NCBI GenBank assembly: GCA_944363565.1
Contig: CALVUI010000002.1
Span: 206,408 to 270,407 of the forward strand
Source: an uncultured Bacilli bacterium
Lineage (GTDB): Bacteria; Bacillota_I; Bacilli_A; RFN20; CAG-826
Length of the DNA: 64,000 bases
Direction: 5' to 3'
Positions 36,883 to 45,422 of the stretch are shown here, one piece after another; positions within the stretch are counted from its first letter, which is position 1; each line of letters begins with the position of its first letter. Below the pieces are notes generated by a model. That model saw nothing but the letters and a program-made list of their open reading frames with translations, had not been told where the DNA came from and ran no database searches. Made by a program: the position numbers and the translations under genes.

Positions 36883-38325
36883 TTATAGATATTGATTGAC
36901 AGCCTTCCGGGCGGCGTCGATGAATTCATCGACCGTATAACGGGTGCTGGGGTCAGTGGAGAACAGGCGTTCCGAGGTCGTGTCGTAACCGAGTTCCTTC
37001 CACCTGATGTTGGCCCGGTACTGCCAGAGGCCATAGGACTGGTTCTGGGCCGACTCGACGAAGACGTCGTAGTTCTCGTAACCAAAGAGTTCCTTTTCCC
37101 TGGCCCTCACGTCATCGCTCTTGGCGAGTTCGTAGTAGCAGGGGATCTGGAAACCGGTGGCCGAAAGGATTTCCTGGCCCTCCGGGGAGGCGATGTATTC
37201 GACGAGCTTCCAGGCCGCTTCGATGTGCTCCGAGCCATTGTAGATGGCGTAGCCGACCGAGCCGCTGTACATGTTCTTGGTCGGATTGACCTCGAAGGCC
37301 GGGACATAGGCCACGTCCCAGTCAAAGCCAAGGGTCCTGAAACTAGTGACGTTCCAGCGTCCGGCGATCAAAGTCGAGATCTTCTGCATCGAGAAGAGGG
37401 TTTCGGCATCGGTCCCGGCCGTCCATTCGTTGGGCGGCATGATCTTGGTGGTCAAATAAGCATCCTGGAGGAATTGGTAGCCGCGCTTGAGGCCGTTGAT
37501 GTCTTTTTCTTCGGTCGGGAAGGCATCGCGTTCTTCGTTCAGGAAGTCGCCGCCGGCGCTCCAAACCAGGCCTTCCGGCCCAATGCCCCCGAGGGCATAA
37601 CGGCTGATGTTGCCATTGCTGTCGTATTTGGTGAGGGCTTCCCACATCTCGATGGCCTCATCGATGGTCATGATGCGGTCATCTGGCGGGTATTCGACAC
37701 CCATCTCGTCGAACTGGTCTTTGTTGTAGAACATGACGTAGGGGCCGACGTCCTTGGGCAAGGCCAGTTGGACCCCGGACCCGGCTTTCTGTTCGGCCGA
37801 ATTGTATTGGTAACGGGAGATGACGCTGGGGAACATCTCGTCGGTCTTCACCAAGGTGGAGGCTGCGATGTAGGGATTGAGGTTCACCATCTTGTTGAAA
37901 CCGGCCCAGGAAGTGAAGGCCCCGTCGGGGACCAGGAAAACGTCGGTGACGTTGCCGGCCACCAGGTTGTTGCCGTAGGTCTCTTCGTAGCTTCCTAGAA
38001 TCTGGAGGTCGACCGTGATCGTCGGATAACGGGCGTTGAAACCCCTAAGAAGGGCTTCGATGACGCTGCGTTCGACGGTGGCACCGGAAGAATCCCAGTG
38101 GGTCATGGAAATGGTGCAAGGCTCACCGGTATAGGAGTACTCATACCCGGCGGCGTCGTACTTCCCGAGGATGTAGTCGAGGTCGTCGATATCGACATCG
38201 ACCGAAGTTCCCGTATCATCGGGAACCGAAGTCGAAGCGGAAGCATTGGAATTGTAACAACCGGCCAGCGCGAGGATTCCGGTGGTCAGAAGGATGGGCA
38301 AACAGAGTTTTTTCAACATAGGCAT
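36883..38325 (-). CDS. extracellular solute-binding lipoprotein of the sugar ABC transporter (SBP family 1)
   Basis: Lipobox LALAGC; 480 aa periplasmic-binding-protein fold; first gene of the transporter/surface-protein operon. Confidence 0.85.
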   Translation of the reverse strand: MPMLKKLCLPILLTTGILALAGCYNSNASASTSVPDDTGTSVDVDIDDLDYILGKYDAAGYEYSYTGEPCTISMTHWDSSGATVERSVIEALLRGFNARYPTITVDLQILGSYEETYGNNLVAGNVTDVFLVPDGAFTSWAGFNKMVNLNPYIAASTLVKTDEMFPSVISRYQYNSAEQKAGSGVQLALPKDVGPYVMFYNKDQFDEMGVEYPPDDRIMTIDEAIEMWEALTKYDSNGNISRYALGGIGPEGLVWSAGGDFLNEERDAFPTEEKDINGLKRGYQFLQDAYLTTKIMPPNEWTAGTDAETLFSMQKISTLIAGRWNVTSFRTLGFDWDVAYVPAFEVNPTKNMYSGSVGYAIYNGSEHIEAAWKLVEYIASPEGQEILSATGFQIPCYYELAKSDDVRAREKELFGYENYDVFVESAQNQSYGLWQYRANIRWKELGYDTTSERLFSTDPSTRYTVDEFIDAARKAVNQYL

Positions 38326-38355
38326 TCCTCTTTACGCCTAAAGTTTCGGAAGATA

Positions 38356-38369
38356 TGAAACCCCTTTCA
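38356..38369. promoter_or_regulatory. cre-like (CcpA) site TGAAACCCCTTTCA upstream of the sugar-uptake operon
   Basis: 13/14 match to TGWAANCGNTNWCA, ~30 nt upstream of the SBP start codon. Confidence 0.4.
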
Positions 38370-38521
38370 ATGCAAGTCTCCTTTGGTTATATGCAACTTG
38401 GCACCATAGGAAAAGAAAGCGATAATTTTGAAAGAAAACCTTCGATGATTGGCTCTCTTTTTGATAAAAAACAAATGGCCGATTTTTCGTCGATTCGGAA
38501 ATTAAAGGGCCGTTAGGCATA

Positions 38522-41500
38522 TCAGGCGGAGGGTTTCTTGGCTTCATAAAGTTCTTCGACCGCCGAAAGGATCTTCTGCAGTTCCTTCAGCCAGCCGTCG
38601 CCCTTCACGTAACGGATTTTCAGTTTCCGGTCGATGTAGGTGACTTTGATCCTAGATAAATAAGGCACGAGGGCGGAGAAGAGGTCGCTCCCGATCCCCG
38701 AGATGTCGCTGAAGCCGCGGCTCAAGACGACGTCGACATAGGTCGGCCCTTCCTCGAGGGCTTCGAAGGCCGGACGGCTGACCAGGATGTCGATCTTCTT
38801 CTTTTCGACCAGAAGCTCCACTTCCTTCGGCATCCGCCCATGGGCGTCCTTCATCTTGGCGACGACGGCCCTGAGGTCCTTCAACGTCTTGGCCCCGTCT
38901 AGTTCCTGATAAAGGGCGATCCGTTCCTGCTCGGAAGCATAGGAAGGCGGAATATAAGCATCGATGTCGAAAACCTGGACCGGCTTGACCGCTTCCTTTT
39001 GGAGGCCGGTCTTCCTCTCCTCGATGGCTTCGTTCAGCAATTTGAGATAAAGGTCGAGGCCGATCGAATCGATGAAGCCGGCTTGCTCGGGTCCCAAGAT
39101 GTCCCCGGCCCCGCGGATTAAGAGGTCGCGTTGGGCGATCTTGTAGCCGCTTCCGAGTTCCGTGAATTCCTGGATGGCCTGGAGGCGCTTGACCGCGTCT
39201 TCGTTCATGTCCTTCTCCGGACGGTAGAAGAGATAGGCATAGGCCATGCGGTCGCTCCGTCCGACCCGGCCCTTGATTTGGTAAAGCTGGCTGAGGCCGA
39301 AGCGGTCGGCATCTTCGACGATCAAAAGGTTGGCATTGGGGACATCGATTCCGTTTTCGATGATCGAGGTGGCGACCAAGACGTCGATCTTCCCGTCATA
39401 GAAGTCCTCCATGACGTCCTCGACCTCGCTTTTGTCCATCTTCCCATGGACCACCCCATAGGAGGCCCCGGGGAGAAGACGCGACAAAGAGGCGGCCTTC
39501 TGGTAAATGGAGTCGATGTTGTTATGGATGTAGTAGGCCTGGCCGCGCCTGGCGATCTCCCGGCTGATCAATTCGACCGCGATATCCTCGTTATAGGGAG
39601 CGACGTAAGTTTCGACCGGAGTCCGTTCGCTGGGAGCGGTATTGATTTCGCTTAAGGGCCTGATGCCGAGCAAGGACATCTGGAGGGTCCTCGGGATCGG
39701 GGTGGCAGACAAAGAAAGGACATCGACGTTGTGCTTCAGTTCCTTGATCTTTTCCTTTTGCTCGACCCCGAAGCGTTGTTCCTCGTCGACGATCAACAAG
39801 CCGAGATCCTGGAACTGCACTTCCTTGCTCAAAAGGCGATGGGTCCCGATGACGAAGCGGATCTTCCCTTCCTTGATCCTCTTGATGATGGCCTTCTGGC
39901 GGGCCGGGGGAACGAGGCGGGAAAGATGGGCGATATCATCGTAATAGCCGTGGAACCGTTCGAGGGCCACCTCGTAATGCTGGCGGGCCAAGAGGGTGGT
40001 GGGGCAAAGGAGGGCCACTTGTTTGCCGGCCTCCAAAGCTTTGAAGGCGGCCCTGAAGGCCACTTCAGTCTTCCCGAAACCGACGTCCCCGCAGAGGAGG
40101 CGGTCCATGGCGACCGGGGCCTCCATGTCTTCCTTTATTTCCTTGAGGGAGCGATATTGGTCTTCGGTCAATTCGTGGGGGAATTCGCTTTCGAAGCGCT
40201 TCTGCCTTTCGGTATCGGGCGGGAAGGCATAGCCCTCGACCTTGGCCCGTTCGGAGTAGAGGGCCATCAGGCGTTCCGCTAGTTCGTTGACCTTCTCCTT
40301 GATCTTGGCCTTCCGCTTCTCCCAATCCTTGGAATAAAGACGGCTGAGACGGGGGGCGGCCCCTTCGCGGCCGGCATATTTCCTAACCAGCCTGAATTGC
40401 TCCAAGGGAACGTAAAGCTTATTATCGTCGGCGTAGATAATCTCGAGGTAATCCCGATGTTTTCCTTCGGTCTCGATGGTGGTCACGCCTAAGAACTGAC
40501 CGATCCCGTTGTATTCATGGACTACGTAATCGCCGGGATGGAGATCTTCGTAGGAACGAAGGACCGTTGCTTCCTTAAAGCGGCTCTTGACCCGCTTTCC
40601 GCCGCCTTGCCTTCCGAAGAGTTCGAAGGAAGAAAGGACGTTGAGTTTGAGGGAAAGGGATTCGAAGCCCTGGGAGAAAGACCGTTCGGTGATGTAGACC
40701 CCGGGCTCAGAAGGAACGTCGTCCCCTTTGATGTTCATATAGGGGATTTCGTTTTCCTTTAATATTCCTTCCGTCACTTCCCTTTCGTGGGGTTGCGGCA
40801 AGGACAAAAGAGTTGTGAATTCCGGATTGGAATAGGACTTGATGGTCGCGCTTAAACCGGTGAGGCCCTTCCCGGCCGGGACGATGGGACGCAGGTCGAT
40901 GACGTTGTCGCCGGAGCCTTGGGCAAACCTTTCCCCATAAAGCACATGGTGGGATTTGAAAGCTTCGTCGACAGTCATGTATTGGGCAAGACCCGTCGGG
41001 ATCAGATAGCGTTCCCTTAACTCGTTGTAATAATGGGAGGCCTCGGTCAAAAGGTTGGTCACGCTTTGCGTAAAGCGGGTACGATCGGCCACATATACAG
41101 CTTCGGGATTGAAATAGTCGAGGACCGAATAGGCCTTTTTCACCGCAAAACCGAAGTATTTGTAGAGTTTCGGGTCGGGTTTGCGTTCGACGATGGCGGC
41201 AATGGCCTCGTTGACTCGAGCCAGGTATTCCCTAGCCGTATCTTCCTTCATCGAGGCGGCATCGGCGGTCGATAGGGCCGTCATCCGTTTGGCGAAGTCC
41301 TCGATCTCTTCGTTGGAGAGCACGATGTCGGAACCCGGTAGGACCATGGCCTCCTTGATGGCTTTCTTGGAAGTTTGGGTGGCAATGTCGAAGTATCTGA
41401 TCGATTCGATTTCATCATCGAAGAACTCAACCCGGATCGGGGCTTCCTCGGAGACCGAGAAGAAGTCGACGATGTCACCGCGGGCGGCAAACTGGAGCGA

Positions 41501-41956
41501 TTGGTCGATCTTGTCGACCCGGGTGTAACCTAGTTCAGTCAGAAGGTTTTTGAGTTTCCCCATGTCGAGCTTCTGCCCGACTTTCAAAGAAAGACTCGAG
41601 TCTTTGAAGACCGCGGGGTTGCTTTGGAACCGGAGCAAAGCCGCGGGGTGGGTAACGAGGATCTTCGGAGAAGGATCCATCAGACGCGAGAGGGCATAGA
41701 GTCTTTGGGAGAGGAATTCCTTGCCCGAGGTCACGGCCTCGGCCCTTAAAAGTTCGTCGGCGGGGAAATAAACGACGTCCTTCTCGTCGAGGAAGTCCAA
41801 AAGGGAGGTATAGACCTTTTCGGCGGAGTACAAAGTGCTGGCCACGATGGCCAGCGGCTTCCTTCTTTCCTTGAAGAGGGCCGCGGTCACGACCGCCAAA
41901 CCGGCGGACTCATCGACGACAAAACGCCCCGCCTTGCTCAGGAGGGGGGAGGTCAA
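38522..41956 (-). CDS. mfd: transcription-repair coupling factor Mfd
   Basis: 1144 aa; UvrB-homology N-terminus, RNAP-interacting domain, SF2 helicase motifs (GDVGFGKTEVA, DEEQRFG), TRG motif and C-terminal D7. Confidence 0.95.
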   Translation of the reverse strand: MTSPLLSKAGRFVVDESAGLAVVTAALFKERRKPLAIVASTLYSAEKVYTSLLDFLDEKDVVYFPADELLRAEAVTSGKEFLSQRLYALSRLMDPSPKILVTHPAALLRFQSNPAVFKDSSLSLKVGQKLDMGKLKNLLTELGYTRVDKIDQSLQFAARGDIVDFFSVSEEAPIRVEFFDDEIESIRYFDIATQTSKKAIKEAMVLPGSDIVLSNEEIEDFAKRMTALSTADAASMKEDTAREYLARVNEAIAAIVERKPDPKLYKYFGFAVKKAYSVLDYFNPEAVYVADRTRFTQSVTNLLTEASHYYNELRERYLIPTGLAQYMTVDEAFKSHHVLYGERFAQGSGDNVIDLRPIVPAGKGLTGLSATIKSYSNPEFTTLLSLPQPHEREVTEGILKENEIPYMNIKGDDVPSEPGVYITERSFSQGFESLSLKLNVLSSFELFGRQGGGKRVKSRFKEATVLRSYEDLHPGDYVVHEYNGIGQFLGVTTIETEGKHRDYLEIIYADDNKLYVPLEQFRLVRKYAGREGAAPRLSRLYSKDWEKRKAKIKEKVNELAERLMALYSERAKVEGYAFPPDTERQKRFESEFPHELTEDQYRSLKEIKEDMEAPVAMDRLLCGDVGFGKTEVAFRAAFKALEAGKQVALLCPTTLLARQHYEVALERFHGYYDDIAHLSRLVPPARQKAIIKRIKEGKIRFVIGTHRLLSKEVQFQDLGLLIVDEEQRFGVEQKEKIKELKHNVDVLSLSATPIPRTLQMSLLGIRPLSEINTAPSERTPVETYVAPYNEDIAVELISREIARRGQAYYIHNNIDSIYQKAASLSRLLPGASYGVVHGKMDKSEVEDVMEDFYDGKIDVLVATSIIENGIDVPNANLLIVEDADRFGLSQLYQIKGRVGRSDRMAYAYLFYRPEKDMNEDAVKRLQAIQEFTELGSGYKIAQRDLLIRGAGDILGPEQAGFIDSIGLDLYLKLLNEAIEERKTGLQKEAVKPVQVFDIDAYIPPSYASEQERIALYQELDGAKTLKDLRAVVAKMKDAHGRMPKEVELLVEKKKIDILVSRPAFEALEEGPTYVDVVLSRGFSDISGIGSDLFSALVPYLSRIKVTYIDRKLKIRYVKGDGWLKELQKILSAVEELYEAKKPSA

Positions 41957-42003
41957 ACCGTTTTTGGAAAGGTAATCGAGGATATCGATACTAGGACCTC
42001 CTC

Positions 42004-42564
42004 TTAGTGGTTATAGGCATTCATCGCGTGGTCAAATCCCCGCAGAAGGGCATCTTTTATAGCCTTTTTGGCCTGATCTATCCCTTCGTGGATCTTCTTT
42101 TCCTCTTCGCCTTTGGGGACGCCCAAGACGAAGTCGATGGGATTATGTTCCGGTTCCCCGATCCCGACCCGGAGGCGCTTGATGTCGCTCCGGCCCAGTT
42201 TCCGGATGATGTCTTCCATCCCTTTATGGCCCCCGGAGGAACCGCTTTTCCTTAATCTGATACGCCCGGGCTCTAGGGCCATCTCGTCATAGACGACGAT
42301 GATGTCCAGGGGGTCGATCCGATAATAGGAGGCCAGCGCGGACACACTGTCCCCGGAGAGATTCATGAAGGTCATGGGTTTGAGGAAAATGACATCCTCA
42401 TCGAGGTCGGGATGCTTGAGGCGGGCATAGGTGCCCTTGAAATCATTCTTCGAAAAATCCAATGAGAGATCGTCCGCCAGGGCATCCAAAACCATGAAGC
42501 CCATGTTGTGACGGGTCTTCTCGTATTCCTTGCCCGGATTCCCGAGCCCGACCACTAGTTTCAT
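42004..42564 (-). CDS. pth: peptidyl-tRNA hydrolase
   Basis: MKLVVGLGNPGKEYEKTRHNMGF; 186 aa. Confidence 0.95.
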   Translation of the reverse strand: MKLVVGLGNPGKEYEKTRHNMGFMVLDALADDLSLDFSKNDFKGTYARLKHPDLDEDVIFLKPMTFMNLSGDSVSALASYYRIDPLDIIVVYDEMALEPGRIRLRKSGSSGGHKGMEDIIRKLGRSDIKRLRVGIGEPEHNPIDFVLGVPKGEEEKKIHEGIDQAKKAIKDALLRGFDHAMNAYNH

Positions 42565-43109
42565 GCCTTGTAGAGTCCGGAGGAGAGCCCGTTGATGACG
42601 GTCACGATCTTCTCGATCTTTTCCTTGTCGTAAATGACGAGGGGCTTGCTGACGAGGTCGCCGATCATCTTCTCGGCGGCCGAGGCGTTCTCCCTTTCCC
42701 CGATCGACTTCAGGGTCCGCTTCATCATGAACTTCGAAAAGAAGTCGAGCTTGTTGAGGTCGAAGCTCCCTTGGACCTGGTAGAAACGGACGTGGTACAT
42801 GTCGAGGAGGTTTTGGGAAATGAGGTCCTGCCGTCCCTCGGGACTAGGAAGGGCCATGCCGACCGAAAAGACGATGATGGGGATCCCTTCGAAACGTTCG
42901 TACTCGCTCAGGAATTCATTGAGGCCCTGGATGTTCCCGGCCTGGACGTTGCCTCCGAAGACCAGACACTCGGCCCCTTCGGCCTTCTTGACCCAGCCCC
43001 TCTTCAGGGGCAGGGCTTCCCCCGCCACCTGGCGGGCGATGTCTTCGGCGTACTTCTTGGTCGAGCCGGTCTTGCTATGATAGAAAACGATGGTCTTCAC
43101 GGGGGGCAT
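42561..43109 (-). CDS. flavodoxin-like fold protein
   Basis: TIVFYHSKTGSTKKYAEDIA FMN-binding loop; 182 aa. Confidence 0.6.
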   Translation of the reverse strand: MPPVKTIVFYHSKTGSTKKYAEDIARQVAGEALPLKRGWVKKAEGAECLVFGGNVQAGNIQGLNEFLSEYERFEGIPIIVFSVGMALPSPEGRQDLISQNLLDMYHVRFYQVQGSFDLNKLDFFSKFMMKRTLKSIGERENASAAEKMIGDLVSKPLVIYDKEKIEKIVTVINGLSSGLYKA

Positions 43110-43145
43110 TCTACCACGCTCCTAACCAAGCGTAGAATATCGTTG

Positions 43146-43715
43146 ATGCCCCGGACCCCCGAGAAAAACCAGAAGATCAAAGACGAGAGGGAAAGAAGCC
43201 TCCTGAAGGCGGCTTTTTCCTTATTAAAGGAAAAGGGCCTATCCCACCTCTCCTTCAACGAACTCGGGAAAAGGGCCAAGGTCAGCCATGGCCTCGTCTA
43301 CCATTATTTCGAAAACAAGGATGATTTGGTGAAGGCCATGCAGGAGGCGGTCAAGGGCTTCCGCCACGCCGAATGGGGGCGGGCTTTGCGCTTAGGCTCC
43401 TTCGAAGGCCTATCCGTCATCACTTCCTTCTACGAAACCGCCGACCTCAGCGAGATGGAGCTCTCCTTTGCCTTGTTCGAAGTGAATCGTAACCTCAAAA
43501 ACGAAAAGGAGGACCGGGCCTTCGGTCCCGATCCTTTGATGGTCCTTTCGACCCTCCTCGAACAGACGGCCCGGGAGGAATTGATCCCCTATGGGGACTA
43601 CAAGGAAAAGGGGAGGGCCCTCCTCGATTACCTCCGTGGTTACCTCATCAGAAAAGAGACCAACAAAAAGGCGACCTTCGACAAGGCCGCCTTCCAGAAG
43701 ATAATTTCCTATTGA
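43146..43715 (+). CDS. TetR/AcrR-family transcriptional regulator
   Basis: N-terminal HTH LSHLSFNELGKRAKVSHGLVYHYFENKDDL. Confidence 0.8.
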   Translation: MPRTPEKNQKIKDERERSLLKAAFSLLKEKGLSHLSFNELGKRAKVSHGLVYHYFENKDDLVKAMQEAVKGFRHAEWGRALRLGSFEGLSVITSFYETADLSEMELSFALFEVNRNLKNEKEDRAFGPDPLMVLSTLLEQTAREELIPYGDYKEKGRALLDYLRGYLIRKETNKKATFDKAAFQKIISY

Positions 43716-45295
43716 TCGAGACGCCGGGCGTGCTCGCGGTTGAAACGCTTGATGTTCCGATAGATGTCGCGGAGACGCGGATAGAGGAGCTCGTAGGCGT
43801 TGTAGAAGAGATAGTCGTAGGTCTTCTTGTTCTCCGGATTGGGATTGAAGGTCTCTTTTTCGTGGACCATGTTGAAGACCGCTTCCTCGAGGCTATTGAA
43901 TTCCCCGGCGGCGAGGAAGCCACAGATAGCAGCCCCCAAAGACGAGGTCTCGCTGGTCTGGACGCGTTTCACGGCCAAGCCGAAGATGTCGCTGGTGATT
44001 TGGCAAATCTCGTCCGACTTGCTGCCCCCGCCGGAAATCCTAATGCAACCAAAGGGGTGGCCGAGCTTCTTGGCGAAGTGTTCCATCCCTTCCCTTAGGG
44101 CATAGCCGATCCCTTCGATGATGGCCCGATACAAATGCTCCTGGGTGATGACGTCGCTCCAGCCGATGATGGCCCCTTTGGCTAGAGGCCGCGAGAGACC
44201 CGGTCCCCAATAGGGTTGGAGGACGAGGCCGTCGCTTCCGGCCGGAACCTTGCTAAGGCGCTTGTTGAACTCGTCGGCGTTGGTGGGGCTGATAATGAGG
44301 TCATCGATCGGCTGGGCGCCGAATTCCTTGAGGAACCAGTTGATCATCCAATAACCGCGGTAGATCTGGATGTCCATGTTGTAGAGACCGTCGATGCAGG
44401 ACGCATATCCCGGCAAAAACGGCTCCGATTCCACGTATTTCTTGACCGTGGTCTCGATCGTTGAAGCCGTCCCGTAGCTAATGGCCACGTCCCGATCGTC
44501 GATGACCCCTAGACCCAGGGTCTCGCAGGACTTGTCGCTGCCCCCGGCATAGAAGGGGGTCCCGGCCGGAATCCCGGTTTCCGCGGAGGCTTTTTCCGTG
44601 ATGGTGCCGATCAAATCCCCTTCCTTGACCAGTTCGGGGAGCCATTCCTTCTTGACCCCGAAGATCTGGCCCTTGAGGTGGCGTTCGGGGTGGGCGTAGA
44701 ACTTCTTGCGCTTGAAATCGATGGGGTAGTGGCCGGCGTAGTTGCTGGCGCAGTCCTTCATTATCCCCGTCAATTTCCAGGTGAAATAGGTGGAAACCGA
44801 TATGTAATGTCTTATTTTTGCGTAGTTTTCAGGTTCGTTCTCCTTGATCCAATTGGCCATCGAACGTTCGCGGTTGAGTTCGGCCGTCGGGCCCATCCCG
44901 ACGATACCGAAGAGGAGGCGGGAAATAAGGCCGAGCTTCTTGCTGGGAGAAGCCATCCTCTGGTCGATCCAAAGGATCATCGGACGGATCAATTTGTAGT
45001 CCTCGTCCAGGGTGACCGCGGAGTCACGGAAGCAGGTCAGGGTCACCCCGACCAGCCTCGAAAGGTCTTCCCTATGCTCCTTGGCGATCTTCTGGGCGCA
45101 GCGGCATAGACAAGCGTAATAGACCTCCGGGTCCTGTTCGGCATAGTTGGGCTTGACCGAGAAGTAAGGGGGATCGTACTTTTCCTTCTCCATCGCCACC
45201 GCGTTCCCCTTCTTGTCGAAAAGGGCGACCCGGACGCTTTGGGTCCCGAAGTCCACCGTCATGATGAGCGGTGATTTGAGGTTCGAATTTTCCAC
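43709..45295 (-). CDS. FGGY-family carbohydrate kinase (xylulokinase/glycerol-kinase-like)
   Basis: 528 aa; N-terminal MTVDFGTQSVRVALFD sugar-kinase fold and C-terminal actin-like ATPase motifs (GGGSKSD). Confidence 0.8.
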   Translation of the reverse strand: MENSNLKSPLIMTVDFGTQSVRVALFDKKGNAVAMEKEKYDPPYFSVKPNYAEQDPEVYYACLCRCAQKIAKEHREDLSRLVGVTLTCFRDSAVTLDEDYKLIRPMILWIDQRMASPSKKLGLISRLLFGIVGMGPTAELNRERSMANWIKENEPENYAKIRHYISVSTYFTWKLTGIMKDCASNYAGHYPIDFKRKKFYAHPERHLKGQIFGVKKEWLPELVKEGDLIGTITEKASAETGIPAGTPFYAGGSDKSCETLGLGVIDDRDVAISYGTASTIETTVKKYVESEPFLPGYASCIDGLYNMDIQIYRGYWMINWFLKEFGAQPIDDLIISPTNADEFNKRLSKVPAGSDGLVLQPYWGPGLSRPLAKGAIIGWSDVITQEHLYRAIIEGIGYALREGMEHFAKKLGHPFGCIRISGGGSKSDEICQITSDIFGLAVKRVQTSETSSLGAAICGFLAAGEFNSLEEAVFNMVHEKETFNPNPENKKTYDYLFYNAYELLYPRLRDIYRNIKRFNREHARRLDQ

Positions 45296-45422
45296 GGGGG
45301 CATTCTAAGCCTTAAGGCAAGGGGCCGCAAAAGGGTTTAGCTCCTTCTTCTTTGAATAAAGAAGACGTGTTATAGTTTCGCCGTTGGGACAATCGTCCCT
45401 CAATTTGTCTTAGGAGGACACA

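Noticed and set aside
29735-38412. Sigma-54 promoter interpretation of the TGGTGCCAAGTTGCA motif (minus strand) upstream of the sugar operon
   Set aside because: GG-to-GC spacing is one nucleotide short of the -24/-12 consensus, and the second site has GT instead of GC at -12. No EBP-type activator is present in the window
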